A stretch of DNA of 64,000 bases, taken from contig JACKDF010000002.1 of assembly GCA_020633655.1 (NCBI GenBank), positions 75,895 through 139,894 on the forward strand, in the 5' to 3' direction. Source of the DNA: Deferribacteres bacterium (GTDB taxonomy: Bacteria > Zhuqueibacterota > Zhuqueibacteria > Zhuqueibacterales > Geothermadaptataceae). Below the pieces are notes generated by a model that was given only the letters and a program-made list of their open reading frames with translations, did no database searches and was not told the DNA's origin. Shown piece by piece: positions 28,016 to 35,970 of this stretch. The first letter of the stretch is position 1, and each line of letters opens with the position of its first letter. The position numbers and the translations under genes are program-made.

Positions 28016-28300
28016 ATGAAAATCAAACCGATTAACGGACGTATACTGATTCAACCAGTTGAAAAACAAAGCACCACTGCAGGTGGTATATATATTCCGG
28101 ATACGGCAAAAGAAAAAGTATACGAAGGGAAAATTATCGATATGCCAAAAGATGTTTCCGATGAAGTAGTGGTTGGTGATATCGTGGTATACAAAGAATA
28201 CAGCGGTTCGGAAATTACCATCGAAGGTGAGAAGTATCTGCTGGTTACTGTTGATGATCTACTGGCAAAATACGTTACAACAGATGAGATTCCGGATTAA
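28016..28300 (+). CDS. groES: Co-chaperonin GroES (Cpn10) homologue, not followed by groEL
   Basis: MKIKPINGRILIQPVEKQSTTAGGIYIPDTAKEK...VGDIVVYKEYSGSEI..EGEKYLLV..DDLLA is collinear with Cpn10, including the mobile loop. Confidence 0.85.
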   Translation: MKIKPINGRILIQPVEKQSTTAGGIYIPDTAKEKVYEGKIIDMPKDVSDEVVVGDIVVYKEYSGSEITIEGEKYLLVTVDDLLAKYVTTDEIPD

Positions 28301-28350
28301 GGTTGTTTGTTTTTTTTAGCTGAAAAATAAATCGAATGATTTATTTTAAA

Positions 28351-28378
28351 AGCCCTGTATTTGCAGGGCTTTTTGTTT
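28351..28378 (+). terminator. Rho-independent terminator after groES
   Basis: agccctg-tatttg-cagggct followed by tttttgtttt. Confidence 0.8.
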
Positions 28379-29102
28379 TGTATATGATCCCGGGGCCCAT
28401 AGTTTAAGCTCAAATTTTCCAGGGGAAAATCGTCCTACATTTCCGTTGCAATTGGGAAAAAATTCCGTTTATTGGTACATACAATCCCCTTCACTTTGTT
28501 TTGAAATGTGTAAAAGTGTGAAGCAACCAGGATGCATGACAAGGACACTGCAATGCCTGATTTCACCGATTCTACTGCCCAATTTTCGAAACCTTGCAAC
28601 GATAGCCTCCTTGCCATTCTCAGTCATACTTTTCGATTCGTAATGAATTTTAAAAATTTCAAGTAAATGAAGTTCAAAAAGAGAAAAAAATCCCGCCCTG
28701 ATTCCATCGTTCGTTTTAATAATTATCTCTGGAAAAAAATATTTTCCCCCTGGCCATAACCATTTTAGCCTGCATTACCTAATCCATCGGGATTTGTTGG
28801 GATACCCAGGCAAATTCTGAATATTTATTCAAAGCAGGCATACATACCACACTTTCCTGATTATTTTTGATTCTTGTTTATTTGCATGATCGTCATTTTG
28901 CTTCGCCGGCCTTCGGCTCGGCAAGCTTTTGGCCAAAACGAAGTTCTGTGGAAGCAAAATCCACCTTTGTCAACCTCAACTATTTATAGATTCTTGATTT
29001 CAATATAGTGGAACGACAAAAAAAGCATTTCCGGATGGATACAAATATTTGATTTTTTATAACCTAATCGTTTAAAATAAAGAAATATAAAGGAGTATAA
29101 AA

Positions 29103-30236
29103 ATGGCGAATGGAGATAAAAAAGCAGATCTCGCTGGCCCTGGTGTCAGCACCTATGAAGAAGTTGAAAAAGTCTTACCAATTGACTATAACCCCTTGCT
29201 CCCCCCTTTAAAACGAATGGATGCACTCTACACCGTAAAACAGTATATCGAAGACAATCTTTGCAAAGAGCTCAATCTGCACATGGTGCAAGTACCGCTC
29301 ATCGTTGATACCGATAGTGGCGTGAACGACTATCTTGACCGCGATGGCTCACGCACACCCGTTGATTTTGAGTGCGGATTGGGACTGGAGAAAAAGATAA
29401 AAGCGCAGGTTGTACAGGCTGCGACGAAATGGAAACGGGTTGCGCTCAAGCAATTCGACTGCAATGTGGGCGAGGGAATTTGTACGGATATGAAAGCCGT
29501 GCGCAAGGATTATTTCCTCGACCATGACCATTCCAGTTATGTTGACCAGTGGGACTGGGAGCGGGTGATGACCGCCGATCAGCGCAATCTGGATTTTCTG
29601 AAAGACGTGGTCAGGAAAATTTGGAAAGTGATTTACGGCGCCGGAGAATATGCAAAGGAAAAATTCCCGGAATTGGCTACGGATAAATACCCTGCATTTC
29701 CCGAAGAGCTCACTTTTCTGCATGCCGAAGAAATTCTGGAGAAGTATCCCGATCTGCCGCGCAAACAGCGCGAAACGCAAATCCTGCAGGACTATCCGGC
29801 TGTTTTCATTATTGGCATTGGCAGTGTTCTCAAGGATGGTTATCCCCACGAAATGCGTGCTGCCGATTATGACGACTGGATCACGCCAACAATTACAAAA
29901 AATGGCGACCAGTATTATGGTCTCAATGGCGATATACTGGTTTGGAATCCAGTCACGCAGCGCCGCCATGAGTTGACGTCAATGGGGATTCGTGTCACCA
30001 AAGATACTTTGCAGAAGCAACTGCACATAACAAACCAACTCGATTTTCTGAAATTGCCCTACCACCAGGCGATATTGAACGACGAGATTCCCTTGAGTAT
30101 CGGCGGTGGTATCGGCCAGTCGCGGACCTACATGTATCTTCTCCGTACCGCCCACCTCGGTGAAGTCAGCGTCACGGTGTGGCCAAAGATTTTGAAAGAG
30201 ATTTGTGCGAAGAAGAACATTCGTGTGCTTGAGTAG
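29103..30236 (+). CDS. asnA: Aspartate--ammonia ligase (asparagine synthetase A)
   Basis: SSYVDQWDWERVM, GLNGDILVWNPV, ELTSMGIRV and IGGGIGQSR match E. coli AsnA block by block. Confidence 0.9.
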   Translation: MANGDKKADLAGPGVSTYEEVEKVLPIDYNPLLPPLKRMDALYTVKQYIEDNLCKELNLHMVQVPLIVDTDSGVNDYLDRDGSRTPVDFECGLGLEKKIKAQVVQAATKWKRVALKQFDCNVGEGICTDMKAVRKDYFLDHDHSSYVDQWDWERVMTADQRNLDFLKDVVRKIWKVIYGAGEYAKEKFPELATDKYPAFPEELTFLHAEEILEKYPDLPRKQRETQILQDYPAVFIIGIGSVLKDGYPHEMRAADYDDWITPTITKNGDQYYGLNGDILVWNPVTQRRHELTSMGIRVTKDTLQKQLHITNQLDFLKLPYHQAILNDEIPLSIGGGIGQSRTYMYLLRTAHLGEVSVTVWPKILKEICAKKNIRVLE

Positions 30237-30253
30237 GACTGTAAGGCTTTCCT

Positions 30254-30278
30254 CGCGGCCACGGTCATCGTGGCTGCG
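30254..30278. repeat. Hairpin family B copy (cgcggccacg-gtcat-cgtggctgcg), terminator-like, downstream of asnA
   Basis: 10-bp stem with one G-U position and the shared core GCCACGG/CCGTGGC. Confidence 0.75.
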
Positions 30279-30664
30279 TTTGCATGACACTCTGCAGCCT
30301 AGCTGACGAGTAATATTTCTATTGCAATTCTTAGACAGAATGTTTATTGATAAAGACAATTCATTTTATACAGGGACGAATTGTTTTTCCATGGGTGGAA
30401 AATACAGGATGTTTGCCGGGGTTATTTGCAATGTTCGGTTTTCTTCACTCGTTACGCTTCTCTTTTCTGCATATCTCAGTAAACTCACTTGATCACTCTC
30501 ATTTATTTTCCAAATCGAAAATTAGAATTAACTGCATGGCCCTCTTATTGGTCACCATGGATTTTGCGCTTTATTTCAACTGGATAAAATTTTAGAAACG
30601 GAATTCTATTAAAAACCATTACAAGGAACGTTTTTTACAACTTTTTTTAAGTGAGGAGGCATTT

Positions 30665-33600
30665 ATGTGGCGTTCATTTGGAAGTTTAGTATTTCAAAGA
30701 TTTCGGTCATTTTCGCTAATTGTTTTCATTTTCTTGATGAGTTCAATTTCGGCATACAGCCAAAGCACTACAATTTATTATGAAGATTGGGAAGATGGCG
30801 TTGGACGATGGTTTGCAAGTAATGGAGTTTGGGAAGTTGGTATTCCATCCATTGGACCTGATAGTGCCCATTCAGGTCAAAAATGTGCAGCTACTATTTT
30901 GGATGGGAATTATCCAAGTAATGCAAATACTCGATTAGAAAGTCCAATTAGTCCTGTAATTTCACTACCAAGCATAAATTCCAATGAAAAAATACAATTA
31001 AAATTCTGGCACTGGTTTAGAAATTCAGACGACAAAGGCGAATTACAAATTTCGGTCGATGGATCGGATTGGCAAACAATTTCGAAACGACCTTTTCAAG
31101 GCACAAGCTACTGTTGGACACAATTCGTTGCAGACCTTTCAGAGTATGCAGGCTCAACAATTCGCCTTGGATTTTCTTTTTCCTCAGGTAATTATTACTC
31201 AGACAATGGCTGGTATATCGATGATATTCTTATTGAGAAAAAACAAGTCAAGTTTCAAAATCCAGAAGATTTCGAAACCGGAGTGGGGGATTGGAGTGCC
31301 GATAATGGTCTCTGGGAAGTTGGTATACCGACAAATGGGCCGCCTGCCACGCATTCTGGTCAGAATTGTATTGGGACTGTATTGGATAAAAATTATCCGG
31401 AAAATGCTGCTACCCGATTGATTAGTCCCCCGACGATATTGCCTATAGTTTCCCCAGGAGAAAAAATACAATTAAAATTCTGGCACTGGTTTAGAAATTC
31501 AGACGACAAAGGCGAATTACAAATTTCGGTCGATGGATCGGATTGGCAAACAATTTCGAAACGACCTTTTCAAGGCACAAGCTACTGTTGGACACAATTC
31601 GTTGCAGACCTTTCAGAGTATGCAGGCTCAACAATTCGCCTTGGATTTTCTTTTTCCTCAGGTAATTATTACTCAGACAATGGCTGGTATATCGATGATA
31701 TTCTTATTGAGAAAAAACAAGTCAAGTTTCAAAATCCAGAAGATTTCGAAACCGGAGTGGGGGATTGGAGTGCCGATAATGGTCTCTGGGAAGTTGGTAT
31801 ACCGACAAATGGGCCGCCTGCCACGCATTCTGGTCAGAATTGTATTGGGACTGTATTGGATAAAAATTATCCGGAAAATGCTGCTACCCGATTGATTAGT
31901 CCCCAAATTACTCTTAAACATAAACAAGGGGAGATTCCCATTCTATATTTCTGGCATTGGTTTAGATTAAGTGATGATCAGGGCTATGTTCAATTATCTG
32001 TTAATGGAGGGCCTTGGCGTACAGTTGCTGGACCTTTTAGTGGTAAGAGTGATGTGTGGTCACAAGCACCTCCTGTGGAACTTTCAACATATATTGATTC
32101 AACTGTAAGTATAGCGTTCTCTTTTTTCTCAGGTAATTATTATTCAGACAATGGCTGGTATATCGACGACATTAGAATCGAAGGAATAGATACGACATCA
32201 TATCGTCTTGACTTCATCACCCTCACCTACCAGCAAATTGATGCGTCCAATTTTTGCGATTCGTCAAAAGTGCATTCTTACGTCACGGTATCTGACAGCA
32301 GCGGTAATGCCCTGTCAGATCTTGGTGTGAATAATTTCTCAGTGAAAGAAGATGGCGAGGTGCAAAGTCCGATCACGGTGGAACACATCGGCGCAACTCA
32401 GCAACCAATTTCGGTGGCAATGGTTCTGGACCGCAGCAGTAGTATGGCGGGGCAGCCTCTGGTCGATGCAAAAAATGCGGCGATTGATTTTGTTCACAAA
32501 ATGGCAGATCACGATATGGGAGCGGTCATTAGTTTTGCGGCGGATGTTGTCGTTGATCAGGAATTTACAACCGACAAAGATTTGCTTGTTACTGCCATTG
32601 AGGCCATTAGCAATAGTGAATCAACCCACCACTATGACGGCCTCATGGAGGCGATCAATCAATGCGGCCCGTTGACTGGGAGAAAAGCAATAATTACATT
32701 GACAGACGGCAAGGATGGTAGCAGTGTCACAACCATCGATTCGTGCATCGCCGCTGCACAAAAAGCGCAACTACCCATTTTCACCATTGGTTTGCTTGGC
32801 GGATCAGGTATTGATGAGGAAGCTCTGAAAAAGATTGCAAGCGAAACAGGTGGCCTCTACTATTTTTCACCTTCATCTGAAAAATTGGCTTATATCTACA
32901 ATGTAATTGCTGAGCATATTCTGCAAAACCAGTACAAAATCACCTACTCCCCACGCAATACAAATGGTGATGGTGTAACCTCACGACTTGTTGAAATAAC
33001 GGCTTCATATAATGGGTCAACAGATTCAAAATCCAAAAGCTACATACCGGCGCCGTGTGATACTCTCGTTCCTTTCTACCCAATTACAGTGAGTGATACG
33101 ATACCGCCAAGCCAAAGATTCTGGCTTGATTTAAAAGTGGGCAAAGAGAATCAGCAAGTAAATGATTTATTTGGCATCGCGTTCAAATTGAAATACGACG
33201 AAAATGTTCTCATTTTTCACACAATAAAGGAGGATGAATTTATTGGCAATGATCCAGTGAGTCATTTTGAAGCGGATTCAATTTCCGGTATAATTGCCAG
33301 TGGAGTTTCACGTAAAGCCGGTTCAGGAGGTGTGAATGGTTTTGGCACCGTCGTAAAAGCCGAGTTTGAAGTCAGAAAGAATATCGCCGATGGAACGGTT
33401 GCATGGTTTGAATTGTTGGATGTCTATGCCATCAATTCCCAGGGTGTAGAAATTCGTCTGGATACATTACAATACAAAATCGTTGTTAGCAGTTGTCTCA
33501 CAACGTGGCCGGGAGATGCCAATAATGATGGTTTTGTCGATGAAAAGGATGTGCTGCCGATCGGATTTTTCTGGCATACAAGCGGAAATGAATCTCCCTG

Positions 33601-34504
33601 CCGGCAGGCGGCACCCTTCGAATGGCAACCATGCTGCTGTGTACCCTGGACGCCTACTGCTGCAACCTATGCGAACAGTAACGGTGATGGCATCATTGAC
33701 GAAAAAGATGTACTGGCATTGGGAATGAATTGGCATAAAGCTCATTCCATTTCAAAAAAACGTAGCGCTACGTCTTTGGCCTTTGATTCCGACAGTATGC
33801 TTATCGATATCCCAAACACGCTGCAAAAGGGACAGGAAATCGATATCAGAATCAGTGTACCGGAAACGAAAGATTTATTTGGTTTCTCCTTTAAGGCGCA
33901 ATTTGCAAACTATGAATTTCTGGAATTTCTTCAAATAAAGCCTGGTGGTTTTCTGGGAGGTAATTTGATATCCTTTGGCGATATTGATATAGAAAATGGG
34001 ATCGCATCTTTGGGACAAACGAAAAAATCGGGTGCAGCAGGAGCAAATGGATCAGGGTGTGTCGCAATTATTTTGTTGAAAGTTAAAGACACCGCACCGG
34101 AAAATTTCCGAATAAAGGTACATGTCACTGATATTACTGCAAATGATTCACAAGGCACAAGATTGGCATACAATGATGCAACTGTATACTTTACGAGTGT
34201 AAATTATCAGGCAATTCAATTGCCAACCAAGTTCGCTCTTGAACAAAATTATCCAAATCCTTTCAATCCGGAAACGACAATTTCCTATCAATTGCCACGT
34301 GCAACGAATGTGAAATTAATCGTGTTGAATTCAGTAGGACAACATGTCCGAACGCTTGTGGCGGAAGAAAAATCTGCTGGTCGGCATATAGTTCGGTGGA
34401 ATGGACTGAACGGCCTTGGCCGAAAGGTATCGAGTGGCATCTATTTTTACCAACTTGAAGCCGGTGAGTTCACCCAAATGAAAAAAATGATTCTACTTCA
34501 ATAA
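30665..34504 (+). CDS. Giant secreted multidomain protein: 3 MAM/jelly-roll-like N-terminal domains, vWA domain, cohesin-like / dockerin / cohesin-like modules, T9SS C-terminal sorting domain
   Basis: Signal peptide. Three 158-aa modules (W-VG-P-----HSG--C--T-LD-NYP-NA-TRL-SP ... FWHWF ... GNYYSDNGWYIDDI). MIDAS DRSSSM ... LTDGKDG. Dockerin loops GDANNDGFVDEKDV and NSNGDGIIDEKDV. C-terminal QNYPNPFNPETTISYQLP...GIYFYQL...KKMILLQ. Confidence 0.8.
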   Translation: MWRSFGSLVFQRFRSFSLIVFIFLMSSISAYSQSTTIYYEDWEDGVGRWFASNGVWEVGIPSIGPDSAHSGQKCAATILDGNYPSNANTRLESPISPVISLPSINSNEKIQLKFWHWFRNSDDKGELQISVDGSDWQTISKRPFQGTSYCWTQFVADLSEYAGSTIRLGFSFSSGNYYSDNGWYIDDILIEKKQVKFQNPEDFETGVGDWSADNGLWEVGIPTNGPPATHSGQNCIGTVLDKNYPENAATRLISPPTILPIVSPGEKIQLKFWHWFRNSDDKGELQISVDGSDWQTISKRPFQGTSYCWTQFVADLSEYAGSTIRLGFSFSSGNYYSDNGWYIDDILIEKKQVKFQNPEDFETGVGDWSADNGLWEVGIPTNGPPATHSGQNCIGTVLDKNYPENAATRLISPQITLKHKQGEIPILYFWHWFRLSDDQGYVQLSVNGGPWRTVAGPFSGKSDVWSQAPPVELSTYIDSTVSIAFSFFSGNYYSDNGWYIDDIRIEGIDTTSYRLDFITLTYQQIDASNFCDSSKVHSYVTVSDSSGNALSDLGVNNFSVKEDGEVQSPITVEHIGATQQPISVAMVLDRSSSMAGQPLVDAKNAAIDFVHKMADHDMGAVISFAADVVVDQEFTTDKDLLVTAIEAISNSESTHHYDGLMEAINQCGPLTGRKAIITLTDGKDGSSVTTIDSCIAAAQKAQLPIFTIGLLGGSGIDEEALKKIASETGGLYYFSPSSEKLAYIYNVIAEHILQNQYKITYSPRNTNGDGVTSRLVEITASYNGSTDSKSKSYIPAPCDTLVPFYPITVSDTIPPSQRFWLDLKVGKENQQVNDLFGIAFKLKYDENVLIFHTIKEDEFIGNDPVSHFEADSISGIIASGVSRKAGSGGVNGFGTVVKAEFEVRKNIADGTVAWFELLDVYAINSQGVEIRLDTLQYKIVVSSCLTTWPGDANNDGFVDEKDVLPIGFFWHTSGNESPCRQAAPFEWQPCCCVPWTPTAATYANSNGDGIIDEKDVLALGMNWHKAHSISKKRSATSLAFDSDSMLIDIPNTLQKGQEIDIRISVPETKDLFGFSFKAQFANYEFLEFLQIKPGGFLGGNLISFGDIDIENGIASLGQTKKSGAAGANGSGCVAIILLKVKDTAPENFRIKVHVTDITANDSQGTRLAYNDATVYFTSVNYQAIQLPTKFALEQNYPNPFNPETTISYQLPRATNVKLIVLNSVGQHVRTLVAEEKSAGRHIVRWNGLNGLGRKVSSGIYFYQLEAGEFTQMKKMILLQ
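30986..31904 (+). repeat. Perfect intragenic tandem duplication: two identical 445-bp copies (30986..31430 and 31460..31904), period 474 bp
   Basis: The two stretches read identically base for base in the listing. The identical off-frame ORFs at 31059..31421 and 31533..31895 in the ORF track confirm this. Confidence 0.9.
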
Positions 34505-34558
34505 CATCAAATGACTTCATAAGGCTTTTGCAAGCTGGGTAGTTCCTGCTTCTATCTG

Positions 34559-34593
34559 TCCCTCCCAGCCATAATCCTTGTGGCTGCGAGGGA
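34559..34593. repeat. Hairpin family B-like copy (tccctcccagcca-taatcct-tggctgcgaggga) between convergent genes, followed by a T-run
   Basis: 13-nt arms with one mismatch. It sits between the stop at 34504 (+) and the stop at 34605 (-), so it is probably a bidirectional terminator. Confidence 0.7.
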
Positions 34594-34604
34594 GATTATT
34601 TTTG

Positions 34605-35954
34605 TCACGAATTATCCAGTTTGTACTTTCGCATTTTTTTCCAAAGGGTTGCTCGATCGATCTCCATCATTTCAGCAGCGATTTGCTTCTTCCCTTTGGC
34701 CAGCACAAGATTCTTTTCAATAAACTCTTTCTCGTTTTGTTCAAGGAATTCCTTCAGGCTTCCAGTTTGTGATCGAAGTTGATCGTCCCGAGCATCTGAA
34801 TAAAGGGCGGTGAATATTGTCTCCTGATCTATTGTGAGTGCTTTTGTGAAAATAACCGCTTTCTCTATCAAATTTTCGAGTGCGCGAACGTTTCCCGGCC
34901 ATTTCTCGCTCATGATTAGATTCATTGCCTGAGGCGAAAATCCGGTAATCCTTTTATTGTATTTTTCACTGAACCTCATTCGAAAAAAATCTGCGAGAAG
35001 TGGAATATCGAGCTGGCGTGCCCGTAACGGAGGAATTTCCAGTTCAATTACACGAAGTCGGTGAAAAAGGTCCTCCCTGAAAGTACCATTTGCTACACGT
35101 CCCGCTAAATTTTGATTTGTCGCCGCAATTATTCTAACATCCACCGTTTGGATTTGAGTTGCACCGATTTTCTCAATTTCGCCATCCTGAAGAACGCGCA
35201 GTAATTTTGCCTGCGCCTGCAAGTTTAATTCTGCGATTTCATCAAGAAAGAGCGTCCCGTTATGCGCTAACTCAAACTTCCCGGTTTGATGCATGTAGGC
35301 GCCCGAGAAGCTTCCTTTTACGTGGCCAAAAAAAATACTTTCGATTAATGTTTCGGGAATCGCAGCGCAGTTCACTTTGATGTAGGGTTTGCCCGCACGA
35401 TTGCTATTGAAGTGAATTGCGCGGGCAACGAGTTCTTTACCTGTTCCGGTTTCACCATAAATCAATACTTTCGCATCCGTTGGGGCAATGGTTTTAATTT
35501 GATGAAAAATGGATTGCATCCCCTCGCTTTCACCAATCATTTGAAACTGCTTTTGTAGTTCATCTAAAAGTGTATGTTTCTCTTCCTGCCAGGATTTTTT
35601 AGCGATGGCATTTTGGACAGTCACAAGAAGACGGTCTGTTTCGACACCTTTTTCCAGAAAATCATACGCCCCTATTTTAATTGCCTTGACGGCAATTGCA
35701 AGAGAGCTTTGACCTGAAATCATGATGACCGGCACGTGCGGTTTTAGCCGAATTATTTGATCAAGAAGAGAAATTCCATCAATCCCAGGCATTTTGACAT
35801 CAAGCAAGATACAATCGTAGTTGTTACGATCAATTAGTTCGATCGCTGCTGTGGGATTATTACTGGTTTCTACGCGATATTTTCTGTGTTGCAGCAATCC
35901 GGAAACTATATCCAAAAAATGTGTATCATCATCAACGGCCAAAATACTATACAT
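34605..35954 (-). CDS. Sigma-54-dependent response regulator (NtrC family: receiver + AAA+ + Fis-type HTH)
   Basis: Receiver ILLDVKMPGIDG. Walker A GETGTGKE. GAFTGA-equivalent loop GSFSGA. ESIFFGH. C-terminal HTH KKQIAAEMMEIDRATLWKKMRKY. Confidence 0.9.
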   Translation of the reverse strand: MYSILAVDDDTHFLDIVSGLLQHRKYRVETSNNPTAAIELIDRNNYDCILLDVKMPGIDGISLLDQIIRLKPHVPVIMISGQSSLAIAVKAIKIGAYDFLEKGVETDRLLVTVQNAIAKKSWQEEKHTLLDELQKQFQMIGESEGMQSIFHQIKTIAPTDAKVLIYGETGTGKELVARAIHFNSNRAGKPYIKVNCAAIPETLIESIFFGHVKGSFSGAYMHQTGKFELAHNGTLFLDEIAELNLQAQAKLLRVLQDGEIEKIGATQIQTVDVRIIAATNQNLAGRVANGTFREDLFHRLRVIELEIPPLRARQLDIPLLADFFRMRFSEKYNKRITGFSPQAMNLIMSEKWPGNVRALENLIEKAVIFTKALTIDQETIFTALYSDARDDQLRSQTGSLKEFLEQNEKEFIEKNLVLAKGKKQIAAEMMEIDRATLWKKMRKYKLDNS

Positions 35955-35970
35955 TCATATATCCTTACTT

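Noticed and set aside
28435-28643. Two overlapping 60-65-aa ORFs on opposite strands in the long asnA upstream region
   Set aside because: Neither has an RBS or motifs, and they are mutually exclusive. The region is treated as non-coding pending RNA or homology evidence.
28301-29102. groEL pseudogene or other decayed gene downstream of groES
   Set aside because: None of the six frames gives any GroEL-like stretch by eye. A clean terminator follows groES directly.
30537-30551. TGGCCC-tctta-TTGG upstream of the 30665 gene as a sigma-54 promoter
   Set aside because: There are two deviations in the -24 box and no GC at -12. It is too weak to call without a PWM score.
30347-30595. 82-aa ORF upstream of the giant T9SS gene
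   Set aside because: It has no RBS, its hydrophobic low-complexity translation has no recognisable motif, and it lies in a probable promoter or leader region.
31059-31895. Two identical 120-aa + strand ORFs (31059..31421 and 31533..31895) and the matching minus-strand ORFs
   Set aside because: They are off-frame by-products of the perfect tandem duplication inside the 30665..34504 gene. They are not independent genes.
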